From a virus (lineage: Duplodnaviria; Caudoviricetes), in the IMG/VR virus record IMGVR_UViG_3300020365_000106, positions 1 to 26,888 of that record: a stretch of 26,888 bases of DNA; one strand, given 5' to 3'. The notes beneath the pieces were generated by a model that saw nothing but the letters and a program-made list of their open reading frames with translations, did not search any database and was not told where the DNA came from. Shown piece after piece: positions 15,693-25,948 of this stretch. Position 1 is the stretch's first letter; each line of letters opens with the position of its first letter. Made by a program: the position numbers and the translations under genes.

Positions 15693-15911
15693 ATGACGCT
15701 TACTTCAAAGTTTAAGAAAGATCTGCAGACTCTACGCGCTGCTGCCAACAAAGAAATTTTTCTTGATGTGAAAAATGAAAAACTTTATAAGAAAGTAAAA
15801 CGATATTATGAAAAAGAAGGTCTGATTGAATTCACTGGTGAACCCTTGGAAGATTATGATATTCTGATGGATGTAATTGCCGAAGATCTTCAATCCGTTG
15901 AAGTACAATGA
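15693..15911 (+). CDS. Hypothetical cyanophage protein
   Basis: GGAG RBS; 72 aa. Confidence 0.8.
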   Translation: MTLTSKFKKDLQTLRAAANKEIFLDVKNEKLYKKVKRYYEKEGLIEFTGEPLEDYDILMDVIAEDLQSVEVQ

Positions 15912-16168
15912 CAGTATTGAAAAAACCAACCGTTCTTTTTGAGCGGTTTCCTTATCGTTATGTTGAGTGTGGCACATTGGAAATCAATGGTATGCCAGAC
16001 TATCGTATTCAAAAAGCAGATAGTTATACCAAACGCTATCGCGATATGTATCTTCTAGACAATCAGATGCAACTTCTGACTGCTATGGAAGACTTTGAAT
16101 ACACCAAATGGCTGGATCCCGAAGGGGTTCCATGCTATATCAAAGACTCGGTATCGTCTCAAAACTAG
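15908..16168 (+). CDS. Hypothetical cyanophage protein
   Basis: ATGA overlap; 86 aa. Confidence 0.8.
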   Translation: MTVLKKPTVLFERFPYRYVECGTLEINGMPDYRIQKADSYTKRYRDMYLLDNQMQLLTAMEDFEYTKWLDPEGVPCYIKDSVSSQN

Positions 16169-16189
16169 CCCTGGTGGAGTCATTATGAC

Positions 16190-16290
16190 CCTAAGGTTTC
16201 TTGCTTTTCCTAAGAGCAAGTGGTGCGGATGGATTTAACTCCTGCCCTGTTTCTTGCTTCAGGATAAAGAGCAAGTGGCGAGCCTGCAAA
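16190..16290 (+). ncRNA. wcaG RNA motif
   Basis: Two GTTTCTTGCTT...AGAGCAAGTGGYG units upstream of gmd/fcl. Paired UGGYG motifs in a cyanophage sugar-gene context match the described motif. Confidence 0.75.
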
Positions 16291-16300
16291 GACCTATACT

Positions 16301-16328
16301 AGGGGGGTTGTAATGACCCCCCTTTTTT
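16301..16328 (+). terminator. Intrinsic terminator
   Basis: AGGGGGGTTG-TAA-TGACCCCCCT plus a T run. Confidence 0.85.
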
Positions 16329-16336
16329 GGTATAAT
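16308..16336 (+). promoter_or_regulatory. Sigma70-like promoter TTGTAA-N17-TATAAT (extended -10) for the glycan operon
   Basis: The -35 lies in the terminator hairpin; TGgTATAAT at 16328-16336. Confidence 0.65.
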
Positions 16337-16356
16337 TTAGAAAAGTATTATTGAAT

Positions 16357-17358
16357 ATGAAAGTAGCTTTAATCACAGGAATTACTGGGCAGGATGGTTC
16401 TTATCTTGCAGAGTTTCTTCTGGCAAAGGGATATGAAGTTCATGGAATTATTCGTCGTACTTCTCAAATTAACACTGGAAGAATTGATCCATTCATCGAA
16501 AGACTTACTAATCATTATGGAGATCTAACTGATAGTAGTAATCTCATTCGTATTATCAAAGAAGTGCAACCAGATGAGATCTATAATCTAGGTGCTCAGA
16601 GTCATGTAAAGGTATCCTTTGAAATGCCTGAGTATACTGGTATGGTTGATGCTATGGGAACTCTCCGTATTCTTGAGGCGGTTAGATTTCTTGGTTTAGA
16701 GAAAAAGACACGCATCTATCAAGCATCTACTTCAGAACTTTATGGTAAAGTTCAGGAAGTTCCCCAAACAGAAACTACACCATTTTATCCACGCTCACCC
16801 TATGGTGTTGCTAAGATGTATGGATATTGGATTATTAAAAACTATCGTGAAGCATATGGTCTTCATGCAAGTTCTGGGATTCTTTTTAATCACGAATCAC
16901 CACGAAGAGGTGAAACTTTTGTAACCCGTAAGATTACTCAGGGATTGTCTCGTATTTCTGTGGGTCTGCAAAATGTTCTTTTTCTTGGTAATCTTGATGC
17001 GAAGCGTGATTGGGGTCACGCAAAAGATTATGTAAAAGCAATGTGGATGATGCTTCAACAGGATGAACCTGATGATTATGTCATTGCTACTGGTGAGCAA
17101 TATTCTGTTCGTGATTTTGTAGAGGAGGCAGCACCATACTTTGGATTTGATATTGAATGGATGGGAAGTGGCACTGATGAAATTGGTATAGATAGAAATA
17201 CCAAGAGGACTATTATTTCTGTTAACGAGAGATATTTCAGACCAACAGAAGTAGAGTCTCTATTGGGTGATGCTACAAAAGCGAAAGAAGTATTAGGGTG
17301 GGAACCCGAAATCTCTTTCAAGGAACTTGTTGAGGAGATGTGCATTTATGGACAGTGA
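16357..17358 (+). CDS. gmd: GDP-mannose 4,6-dehydratase
   Basis: [34 protein letters not shown] and [16 protein letters not shown]. Confidence 0.97.
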   Translation: MKVALITGITGQDGSYLAEFLLAKGYEVHGIIRRTSQINTGRIDPFIERLTNHYGDLTDSSNLIRIIKEVQPDEIYNLGAQSHVKVSFEMPEYTGMVDAMGTLRILEAVRFLGLEKKTRIYQASTSELYGKVQEVPQTETTPFYPRSPYGVAKMYGYWIIKNYREAYGLHASSGILFNHESPRRGETFVTRKITQGLSRISVGLQNVLFLGNLDAKRDWGHAKDYVKAMWMMLQQDEPDDYVIATGEQYSVRDFVEEAAPYFGFDIEWMGSGTDEIGIDRNTKRTIISVNERYFRPTEVESLLGDATKAKEVLGWEPEISFKELVEEMCIYGQ

Positions 17359-18283
17359 GTCTAAAATCTTTGTTGCAGGGCATCGTGGTCTAGTTGGATC
17401 AGCGATTGTTCGTAATTTAGAAGAGAAGGGATTTGAAAATGTTTATTGGGTTGCAAGGGATGTTTGTGATCTAAGAGATAAGAATCAAGTTCAACAATAT
17501 TTTGAGCAAGCAAAACCAGATTATGTTTTTCTTGCTGCTGCCAAAGTTGGTGGAATTATGGGTAATAAGATGTACCCCGCAGAATTCATCTACGATAACT
17601 TGATGATTCAAACAAATGTTATCGATGCCTCTTACAGAAGTGGTGTTAGAAAACTTTTGTTTCTAGGATCATCTTGCATTTATCCAAAACATCCCAATAT
17701 TCCCATCACTGAAGATCAGTTGATGACGAGTCCTTTAGAGGAAAGTAATAGTGCATATGCAATTGCAAAAATTGCTGGTATGCGTATGTGTCAAGCGTAT
17801 AGGGATCAGTATGGATTCAACGCTATTTCTCTAATGCCTACTAATCTCTATGGTCCTAATGATAATTTTGATCTAGAGACATCTCATGTACTTCCTGCAT
17901 TGATTGCTAAGTTTCATGGTTCTCTTGGTAAGAGTGAGCACTGGGAAGTGACTTTATGGGGAGATGGATCGCCAATGAGAGAGTTTCTTCATGTTGATGA
18001 CCTAGCAGAAGCTTGTTATCTTTGTATGGATAAGTACAATGATGCTGAACATATTAATGTTGGAACAGGTGAAGATGTAACTATCAAAGATTTGGCAGAG
18101 ATTGTTAAAGATGTTGTTGGATATGAATATGACATTAATTGGGACACCTCAAAACCAAATGGAACTCCCCGTAAAGTTATGAATGTTGATAAGATTAAAT
18201 CTCTAGGGTGGGAACCTAAGATTAGTCTTAGAGAAGGTATTGAATCTACTTATAAGTGGTATAAAGAAAATGACAAAAGTTAG
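17348..18283 (+). CDS. fcl: GDP-L-fucose synthase (Fcl/WcaG)
   Basis: [45 protein letters not shown] and SHVLPAL. Confidence 0.96.
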   Translation: MDSESKIFVAGHRGLVGSAIVRNLEEKGFENVYWVARDVCDLRDKNQVQQYFEQAKPDYVFLAAAKVGGIMGNKMYPAEFIYDNLMIQTNVIDASYRSGVRKLLFLGSSCIYPKHPNIPITEDQLMTSPLEESNSAYAIAKIAGMRMCQAYRDQYGFNAISLMPTNLYGPNDNFDLETSHVLPALIAKFHGSLGKSEHWEVTLWGDGSPMREFLHVDDLAEACYLCMDKYNDAEHINVGTGEDVTIKDLAEIVKDVVGYEYDINWDTSKPNGTPRKVMNVDKIKSLGWEPKISLREGIESTYKWYKENDKS

Positions 18284-19046
18284 TACTATAACTGCTTGCT
18301 ACAAGATGGAGAAATATATGGAAGGTTTTCTAGTAAACCTTTCAGAACAAACTCACAGCGACATAGAAGTCGTTATGGATCATAATGATCCCTCTGATGA
18401 AGAAGTTGCAATGATTGAATCATATAATGAGATATATGATAATATCTTTCACATTCAAGTAGAAGGTGTTGATCCTTTAGGTGTTTCTTGGAATCGTTGT
18501 ATTGAAAATTCATCAGGAGATTATCTTTGTATTTGGAATGTTGATGATTTAAGAACTCCTGACTCCATTGAACAGATGGCGAATGTTTTGGATGAAAATC
18601 CAGATGTTGATTTTGTTTATGGTGACTTTACTATTGTTCCTGAATTTCAAACAACTCAGGGGCAGTATGTCAATAATGCTGGTAGAGAAGATGAATTGAA
18701 AAGTGGAATGATTCTTGGACCTTTCTTTATGTTTAGAAAATCTGTTTTAGAAAAAACTAAAGTATTTGATGAACAATTAGTATCTGGTAATGATTATGAC
18801 TTGGCGATTCGTCTTGCATATAATGGTAAGGGTATGTATATCGCACATAACTCTGGTTACTATTTAAATGAAGGAATGGGATTAAGTACTAGACCTGATA
18901 GTAAACAGGCACTAGAGAGAACTGTAATTGAAATGCGTTATGGTATTCCAGTTATTGAACCTCGTCTTGAGAATGCTGCAAGAGAATATGACATAAAAAA
19001 TATTCACATTGATGGTGAAAAATATCCAGCAAATCAATTGGTATGA
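18270..19046 (+). CDS. Glycosyltransferase family 2
   Basis: GT-A pattern: [15 protein letters not shown]...GDYLCIWNVDD, FDEQL...DYDLAIRL. Confidence 0.85.
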   Translation: MTKVSTITACYKMEKYMEGFLVNLSEQTHSDIEVVMDHNDPSDEEVAMIESYNEIYDNIFHIQVEGVDPLGVSWNRCIENSSGDYLCIWNVDDLRTPDSIEQMANVLDENPDVDFVYGDFTIVPEFQTTQGQYVNNAGREDELKSGMILGPFFMFRKSVLEKTKVFDEQLVSGNDYDLAIRLAYNGKGMYIAHNSGYYLNEGMGLSTRPDSKQALERTVIEMRYGIPVIEPRLENAAREYDIKNIHIDGEKYPANQLV

Positions 19047-19963
19047 GATCTATGAAAATAATTGCACTGTTACCATTTAAAAACGAAGAGTGGTGTTTGC
19101 CATCATATCTGCATAATACTTTAAAGGTAGTTGATGACATCATTGCTATTGATGATGGATCTACGGATAATTCTTTAGAGATTCTAGAAAATGCTGGAGC
19201 GAAGGTATTTTCATCAGAGAAGTTAAGAAATTTTAATTCTGGTTGGTCTGAAGGATCTATTAGAGCAGAGTTGTTAAAGTTGGGTAGAGAAGCGGGGGGG
19301 ACTCATTTCTTATGTCTAGATGCTGATGAATCTCTGAGTAATAATTTTGTAAAAATTGCAGATCAAGTATTTCCCCAACTACAACCAGGGCATAAAGTTG
19401 CAATGCAATGGTTAGCATTGTGGAAGAGTTATACTCATTACCGAAATGATGCAACTGTATGGAGTAATAATTTTAAAGATTTTATTGTTGCCGATCACCC
19501 GTCATTGAGTTACAACTCTGAGCAGCATATGCATCTGGGTAGAACTCCAGTCAGTCCAAATGAATCTGGACAGTCCCATTGGTTGAGACTCGCTCCTCAA
19601 TATGGTACAGTTCTGCATTATCAATTTTCTGCCTATAATAATTTTCAATTAAAGCAAGCTTGGTTTAGATGTTCTGAACTTATTCAAGCACCAGGAACAG
19701 AATTAGCAATTAATTTAAAGTATTCAATTACTCTTCTCGATTCCAATGTTGGTCTGAGTAAGATGCCCAAAGAATGGTATATAGATATTCCAACACCTAA
19801 AGTTACTAACTTCGATCCAGATTGGAGTGAAGAAACTTTTATGAGAAAGGATTTACTTCCAGGTATCATGAAATACTTTGATGATTATGGTGTTGAGTAT
19901 TTTAAAGGACTTGATATCTGGCATATTCCACAATTAAAGGAAAGACTTGATGAGAAAAATTAA
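19043..19963 (+). CDS. Glycosyltransferase family 2
   Basis: KNEE, IDDGSTD and CLDADE motifs. Confidence 0.85.
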   Translation: MRSMKIIALLPFKNEEWCLPSYLHNTLKVVDDIIAIDDGSTDNSLEILENAGAKVFSSEKLRNFNSGWSEGSIRAELLKLGREAGGTHFLCLDADESLSNNFVKIADQVFPQLQPGHKVAMQWLALWKSYTHYRNDATVWSNNFKDFIVADHPSLSYNSEQHMHLGRTPVSPNESGQSHWLRLAPQYGTVLHYQFSAYNNFQLKQAWFRCSELIQAPGTELAINLKYSITLLDSNVGLSKMPKEWYIDIPTPKVTNFDPDWSEETFMRKDLLPGIMKYFDDYGVEYFKGLDIWHIPQLKERLDEKN

Positions 19964-21035
19964 AGTTGCTTTTATTAAATTCTGTGGTATGGCAACAGGT
20001 GGAACTGAAAAAGTTTTACAGACAGTTGCTGCAAATCTACCTAAAGATAAGTTTGAGGTAGATTTTTACTACTGTGATTCTGCACCATATATTGGATCTG
20101 ATTTTATTCATCCAGATAATGATCCTTCTAGGGAAAAATATTGTCGTCAAAATGGAGTCAATCTAATCAAGTTTTCTGTTGGTAATAAAAATCTAACTGT
20201 ACCAACACATGACTGGGTTAATACTGATTTTTGGGAAGTATTTGATGAGAATAATTATGATGTGATTCAAACTGGTAGAGCTGGTCATCCAGAATATCCT
20301 TTTACTCATATTCACAAAACGCCAATAGTTGATAGTATTCATCTAGCGGGAATGGCGGAGGATAAGGAAAATGTATATAAGACTATTCTCATCTCTCAAG
20401 AACAAAGACAAAAATGGATCAATGCTGGAGGACCTGCTGATAAATCAATAATCATCCCAAATCCAGTTGAAATACCAAAATGTGATTCTAAATTTGAAAC
20501 TAATGGTAAGTTTGTATTTGGATTACATCAGAGAGATGACAATGGTATTTTCTCTCCAATACCTTTAGAGGCATATGATGAGATTGAAAGTGATGATACA
20601 ATGTTTTTTATTCTTGGTGGTGGATCTAATTATAGAAAACAAGCGAAGGATCTTGGACTAAGAAGTGTTTTCTTTCTTGAAAAGACTAGTGAACTTAGTG
20701 TGATTCATAGATTTCTCAATAGTTTAGATGTATATGCTCATGGCAGAGCAGATGGGGAGCAGTGTTCCTGTGCTATAATTGAAGCAATGTCTCATTCATT
20801 ACCTGTTATTAGTCATACCGCACCTAGTATGGGTCATAAAGAACAGATAGGTGATGGTGGTGAAGTAGTTATTGATTACTTTGCTTATGCTCAGGTAATG
20901 CGTGAGATGATGGAATATCCAGAATATAGGAAAAAATGTTCTGAGAATTCAAAGAAACGATATGATGAAATATATGATATCGATGCAATTATTGAAAAAT
21001 ATTCTTCTATCTACGAGGAAATAGTGAATGGATAA
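19950..21035 (+). CDS. Glycosyltransferase, GT-B fold (GT4-like)
   Basis: GGTEK, IIPNPV and GEQCSCAIIEAMSHSLPVI (Ex7E). Confidence 0.88.
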   Translation: MRKIKVAFIKFCGMATGGTEKVLQTVAANLPKDKFEVDFYYCDSAPYIGSDFIHPDNDPSREKYCRQNGVNLIKFSVGNKNLTVPTHDWVNTDFWEVFDENNYDVIQTGRAGHPEYPFTHIHKTPIVDSIHLAGMAEDKENVYKTILISQEQRQKWINAGGPADKSIIIPNPVEIPKCDSKFETNGKFVFGLHQRDDNGIFSPIPLEAYDEIESDDTMFFILGGGSNYRKQAKDLGLRSVFFLEKTSELSVIHRFLNSLDVYAHGRADGEQCSCAIIEAMSHSLPVISHTAPSMGHKEQIGDGGEVVIDYFAYAQVMREMMEYPEYRKKCSENSKKRYDEIYDIDAIIEKYSSIYEEIVNG

Positions 21036-21666
21036 TGTCTCCTACAATAAACATAATGAACTTTATGCTGAGAATGCTGCTTTTACTAGAGAAAAACTAG
21101 CACATGAAAGGCAAAACATTGAAGACTTTAAATTTCTCTATCAGGATGATGTTCCTCATGGTGATGTCCTAGATAATAGTGAATTCAAAACTGCTATCGA
21201 TATTGGTTCTGGAACTGGTTGGTTTGCAAACTATCTTGTAAATGAAAGAAAGTATACTAAGGTATATGCTATTGAACCATCCGAATCTGCAATCAATATT
21301 GCAAATAGAATTTATCCAGATCAAAAGAAAGTAAAATACTTACAAGGGTTTGCTGAAGAACAGTTATCTAAAATTAGGATAACTAAACCTGCTTTGTTTT
21401 CTACTTTATGTGTACTAACACATTTAGAAGATGAAACGGTTATTTCAATCTTGAACTCAATGAACAAGATTGCTAAATCTGGATCTGTTTTTACTGCTTC
21501 TGAAGCTTGGGGTCCTAGACATGTAGAACCTGCTTGGAATATCAGACCTCCAGAATGGTGGGTTGAAAACTTAGATGGGTGGGAATTTGAATTTTATTCT
21601 GATTATGTTTTACCCCACCCAAATGATCAAATTCGTTACAAAGGATTTATTGCAACTAAGTCATGA
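21028..21666 (+). CDS. Class I SAM-dependent methyltransferase
   Basis: IDIGSGTG, YAIEPS and VLTHL motifs. Confidence 0.88.
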   Translation: MDNVSYNKHNELYAENAAFTREKLAHERQNIEDFKFLYQDDVPHGDVLDNSEFKTAIDIGSGTGWFANYLVNERKYTKVYAIEPSESAINIANRIYPDQKKVKYLQGFAEEQLSKIRITKPALFSTLCVLTHLEDETVISILNSMNKIAKSGSVFTASEAWGPRHVEPAWNIRPPEWWVENLDGWEFEFYSDYVLPHPNDQIRYKGFIATKS

Positions 21667-22457
21667 TTACATTTAATAACCTAGGAAACTTGGGCAGACT
21701 TGCCAATCAAATGTTTCAGTATGCTTCTCTGAAAGGTATTGCTGCAAACAGAGGATTCGATTTTTGTATTCCACCCGAAAGTAGTTTTGGTGAAATTGAT
21801 CCTTTGGTTAAAAATGATCCTCTGAATCTTTATAGTTGTTTTCATGTTGATGAAAAATCAACTTTGGGTATGTATCCTAACCAAATGCTTCATGAAAGAA
21901 TGCATACTTTTGATGAAGAGTTATTCAATAATTGTCCTGATAATGTAGACTTGTTTGGATATTATCAATCACCCAAATATTTCAATCATATTCAAGATGA
22001 GATCAGAAAAGACTTTTCTTTTTCAAAAGAACTTAATGATACTTGTGATGATGTAATTAATACTCTAGGTGGTGGTGATGTTATTTCATTACACATTCGC
22101 AGAACAGATTATATTGCAAATCCAAATCATCCTCTACAACCTATGGAGTATTATTTAAATGCTCTAGAACAACTTCCAGAACTTCCTGTTATTGTGTTCT
22201 CTGATGATCCTGAGTGGTGTGATGAGCGGGATGAATTTGATTCTGATCGATTTGCTATTTCATATAATTCAGTAGATCTTGATCTTTGTTTGATGACGAA
22301 ATGTAAGTACCATATTATTGCAAACTCATCATTTTCTTGGTGGGGTGCATGGTTGGCAAAGAGTAAGAAAGTATTTGCGCCGAAGAATTGGTTTGGTGCT
22401 AGTTGTAAACATAAATCTGTTGAGGATATGGTATTTGGAGATTGGGTCTGGTTATGA
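21663..22457 (+). CDS. Alpha-1,2-fucosyltransferase (GT11)
   Basis: GRLANQMFQYA, GYYQS.KYF, SLHIRRTDY, VFSDD..WC and IIANSSFSWWGAWL. Confidence 0.93.
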   Translation: MITFNNLGNLGRLANQMFQYASLKGIAANRGFDFCIPPESSFGEIDPLVKNDPLNLYSCFHVDEKSTLGMYPNQMLHERMHTFDEELFNNCPDNVDLFGYYQSPKYFNHIQDEIRKDFSFSKELNDTCDDVINTLGGGDVISLHIRRTDYIANPNHPLQPMEYYLNALEQLPELPVIVFSDDPEWCDERDEFDSDRFAISYNSVDLDLCLMTKCKYHIIANSSFSWWGAWLAKSKKVFAPKNWFGASCKHKSVEDMVFGDWVWL

Positions 22458-23317
22458 TTAATTTATTTTACGAAGAAGGATATTGGGGTCATTCAAAGAC
22501 TTTGAATGGTCCTAAGAAAGTTGTTTACAATCTTATTGAGGCATTGGAGCAAGAGGGAGTACCTTATGCTATCAATGAAGAAAAGTATAAAAATAACTTT
22601 TTAATTCAGTATGATTACAACGGGTATCTCAAACATTCTAAATTAGATCTTGAGAACTGTGTTCTTGGTCCTCAGATTTGGATGTTTGATAATCATATAG
22701 AAGACATCTTAGAGCATCCTGAATATTACAAAAAAATTATCGCACCATCACAATGGGTAAAAGATAAGTTTCATGAGAAGTTCAATGTACCAAGAGATAA
22801 GGTTTCTATTTGGCCTGTCGGTATCAAGTTGCCTGAAGTTGAAAGGAAGCGAGAGTATGGTTGTCTTGTATACTATAAACGGAGAGATTCTAGAGAATTA
22901 GAAAAAGTAAGAGAACTCCTAGCAGAGAGAAAGATAACCTACAATGTAATGGAATATGGAAATTACTCTCAGAATGCCTTAGAGATTTTGGCACCAGAAT
23001 CAGATTTCTGCTTTGTTTTAAATGGAACAGAAAGCCAAGGTATTGCCATTCAAGAAATCATGAGTTATGATACTCCACTTTTTGTTTGGGATGTTGAAAC
23101 ATGGGAAGATCAAGGACCTAAGTATTCTGTTCCTGCAACTTCAGTTCCTTACTGGTCATCTGAATGTGGTGAAATATTTACTGATGTAAACGATATGGAG
23201 TCTACATTTGATAAATTTTATGGTAAGATGAATGAGTATACTCCTCGTCAGTTTGTGGAGAAAAATTTATCATACAAAAAGTCTGTAGAAATTTTATTGG
23301 AGATCTTCAATGATTAA
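22454..23317 (+). CDS. Glycosyltransferase, GT-B-like
   Basis: APSQWVK and TESQGIAIQEIMSYDTP (Ex7E). Confidence 0.75.
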   Translation: MINLFYEEGYWGHSKTLNGPKKVVYNLIEALEQEGVPYAINEEKYKNNFLIQYDYNGYLKHSKLDLENCVLGPQIWMFDNHIEDILEHPEYYKKIIAPSQWVKDKFHEKFNVPRDKVSIWPVGIKLPEVERKREYGCLVYYKRRDSRELEKVRELLAERKITYNVMEYGNYSQNALEILAPESDFCFVLNGTESQGIAIQEIMSYDTPLFVWDVETWEDQGPKYSVPATSVPYWSSECGEIFTDVNDMESTFDKFYGKMNEYTPRQFVEKNLSYKKSVEILLEIFND

Positions 23318-23732
23318 AAAGATAATTGATAGATATAATCTGCCAGTTACTGGATTTATTCAGGTGGGTGTAAAAGATTCTAATCAAATCAAAGATTATG
23401 ATAAAGTAGATTCGGTTACCTGTGCTTCTTTTTTTGAAAAATCGCAGAGCAAATTTGATGAGGTTCATGATATAGCATCTATGTTATGGTTGTTTGTTAG
23501 AGGTGCTTCAACGGAATTAAATTCTGACAATGATACTCTTGATCAATATGATTGTTATAATGCAAACTTTTTGATTATTGAATGTTCTCCACTTGGAATT
23601 TTGAAGGGATCCGAAAAAACACTCAAACAAGTTCAATTTATACATTGCGAATCTAATGACGATGTTGATGAATTTTTGAGAGATTATGATTTTGAAAGAG
23701 TAGAAGAAAAACTTTATTTTAAGATGGCATGA
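23310..23732 (+). CDS. Degenerate FkbM-like methyltransferase
   Basis: GFIQVG, TLDQY and ILKGSEKTLKQVQFIHCE resemble FkbM, but the core motifs are altered and the protein is short. Confidence 0.55.
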   Translation: MIKKIIDRYNLPVTGFIQVGVKDSNQIKDYDKVDSVTCASFFEKSQSKFDEVHDIASMLWLFVRGASTELNSDNDTLDQYDCYNANFLIIECSPLGILKGSEKTLKQVQFIHCESNDDVDEFLRDYDFERVEEKLYFKMA

Positions 23733-24424
23733 AAATTTGTATCCTTACTATTGCAACCAATAAGTATATTCAGTTTGTTGAAAGGCTTTACAATAACCTT
23801 GAAGAAAACTTTTTAAATGGTCATGAACTTGAGTGTTTGTTATTTACTGAGCACGATGTAGAAACATCTGACAATGTAAAAGTATCTAAGATTGATCATG
23901 AACCTTGGCCAATGCCAACCTTGAAGCGATATAATTACTTCGTTAAAGAGAAAGAATATATTTCAAAGTTTGACTATTGTTATTACTTTGATGTTGATAT
24001 GGGTATTGTTGAAAAGGTTGGTGATGAAGTTCTGGGAGATTTAGTTGCTACGATGCATCCATATCAGTCCCTATATCCAAAAGAATCTAGATCATATGAT
24101 CGCAATCCAAACTCTCTAGCATTTGTTCCTCCTGGAGAGGAAGGTGAGAACTATTATGCTGGGGGATTCAATGGAGGCAAAACAGAGTGTTTTCTGAAGA
24201 TGGCAGAGGTCATTGCAGATCGTGTAAATCAAGATCTTGAGAAAGATGTTATCGCTTTGTGGCATGATGAATCTCAGATGAATCGTTATCTAATTGATAA
24301 TCCACCCACTTTAAGTTTGACACCAACATACTGCTTCGCTGAAGAGCAGATGGGTAATCCAAATTATCCATATGAACCTAAAATTATTGCACTGAAAAAG
24401 AATCATAATGAACTTAGATCTTAG
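23729..24424 (+). CDS. Glycosyltransferase family 6 (ABO-transferase-like)
   Basis: IATNKY, WPMPTLKRY, FDVDM, YYAGGFNGG and WHDESQMNRY. Confidence 0.92.
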   Translation: MKICILTIATNKYIQFVERLYNNLEENFLNGHELECLLFTEHDVETSDNVKVSKIDHEPWPMPTLKRYNYFVKEKEYISKFDYCYYFDVDMGIVEKVGDEVLGDLVATMHPYQSLYPKESRSYDRNPNSLAFVPPGEEGENYYAGGFNGGKTECFLKMAEVIADRVNQDLEKDVIALWHDESQMNRYLIDNPPTLSLTPTYCFAEEQMGNPNYPYEPKIIALKKNHNELRS

Positions 24425-25049
24425 AGAAATCCCAGCGATCTATATCAACCTAGATAAAGATCTTGAAAAAAATTCAAACATGCAGCAACTTTTGAAGCAT
24501 GATTGTGATTTTAAAAATGTTCTTAGATTGGAGGCATCGAAATATCCTGAAAGACATTTGGCAGGATGTTCAATGTCTCACTTCAATGCACTCAGTGAAC
24601 TTGATCCTCCTTTTATTGTATTTGAAGATGATTGTGTTCTTAAAAACTGGAACCCAATCATTGAAGTTCCTGATGATGCAGATGCAGTATATTTGGGTAT
24701 TTCATCTTGGGGAAGAATGAACTCTCACTCTGGTCCTTGTGTGCAATATGAAAAGATTGATGAAAATCTTTTAAGGGTGTATAATATGCTTGGTGCTCAT
24801 GCAATCTTATATTTAAGTTATGAATATGTGAGAATGTGTAGCAAGGTTGCATTTCATAATTATGAAATTGCAGATTATCAGGATATTGGATTTGCTGAGA
24901 TTCAAAAGTACTTTAATGTATATGCTTTTGATGATCCTATGTTTTATCAAACCAGTTCTAATGGAACAGATAGATCATTGACATCATATCCTTCTACGGA
25001 AATCTTTCAACCAACCCGTTCTTATTGGAAACCAACCGCATTGTATTGA
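24408..25049 (+). CDS. Glycosyltransferase family 25-like
   Basis: IYINLD, GCSMSH and VFEDD motifs. Confidence 0.8.
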   Translation: MNLDLREIPAIYINLDKDLEKNSNMQQLLKHDCDFKNVLRLEASKYPERHLAGCSMSHFNALSELDPPFIVFEDDCVLKNWNPIIEVPDDADAVYLGISSWGRMNSHSGPCVQYEKIDENLLRVYNMLGAHAILYLSYEYVRMCSKVAFHNYEIADYQDIGFAEIQKYFNVYAFDDPMFYQTSSNGTDRSLTSYPSTEIFQPTRSYWKPTALY

Positions 25050-25948
25050 TGAGAAGTTTAGTAACTGGTGCAGCTGGATTTATAGGATCAAATCTAGTAG
25101 ATTACTTAGTCGAACAGGGGCATACTGTTGTCTGTATCGATAATGAAAGTTCTGATGCACATGATTCTCCGCACTGGAGTGATTCTAAATCTACTTTTAA
25201 TATTCGGGGTGATATTAGAGACCATCAACTCATGCGTAATTGTATGACTGGTGTGGATTATGTTTTTCACCTGGCAGCGGAAGCAAGAATTCAACCATCT
25301 ATCAAGAATCCAGTTAACGCTGTTAGTGTTAATGATCTAGGAACAGCAACAATTCTTCAATGCGCTAGAGAAGCTAATGTTAAGAGGTTGGTGTTTTCTT
25401 CAACATCTGCCATATATGGAACGAATCAAAGTCCTAATGTTGAAACTCAGAATTCTGAACCACTCAATCCATATTCAGTGACTAAACTGAATGGTGAGAA
25501 TCTTTGTACAATGTACAATAATTTGTTTGGATTAAAGACTACTATCCTCAGATACTTCAATGTATTCGGACCAAGGCAACCTGTCCGTGGGCAGTATGCT
25601 CCCGTAATAGGTATCTTCAATCGCCAAAAATTGAATGGAGAACCACTCACTATTGTGGGTGATGGAAGTCAGCGTAGAGATTTTGTTTATGTAAAAGATG
25701 TTGCCAGAGCAAATTATCTTGCTGCTATTTCAGAGCATCCTCTAACAGAGGTATATAATGTTGGTAGTGGAGAAAATTATTCTGTAAAAGAGATTGCAGG
25801 TGCTATTTCTAACTCTCACACGAACATTCCAGAGCGTGAGGGTGAAATGCAACTTACTCTTGCTAATATAGATAAGATTGAAAAGCATCTGGGTTGGAAA
25901 CCAGAAGTTAATGTCATGGATTGGATACTAAGTGAATTATATGGATAA
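25049..25948 (+). CDS. NAD-dependent nucleotide-sugar epimerase/dehydratase (extended SDR)
   Basis: LVTGAAGFIGS, FHLAA, SSTSAIYG, YSVTK, RYFNVFGPRQ and RDFVYV. Confidence 0.92.
   Translation: MRSLVTGAAGFIGSNLVDYLVEQGHTVVCIDNESSDAHDSPHWSDSKSTFNIRGDIRDHQLMRNCMTGVDYVFHLAAEARIQPSIKNPVNAVSVNDLGTATILQCAREANVKRLVFSSTSAIYGTNQSPNVETQNSEPLNPYSVTKLNGENLCTMYNNLFGLKTTILRYFNVFGPRQPVRGQYAPVIGIFNRQKLNGEPLTIVGDGSQRRDFVYVKDVARANYLAAISEHPLTEVYNVGSGENYSVKEIAGAISNSHTNIPEREGEMQLTLANIDKIEKHLGWKPEVNVMDWILSELYG

Noticed and set aside
16194-16280. Mini-CRISPR or attachment-site reading of the duplicated GTTTCTTGCTT/GAGCAAGTGG
   Set aside because: There are only two imperfect units with internal complementarity, better explained by the wcaG RNA structure; no cas or integrase genes are present.
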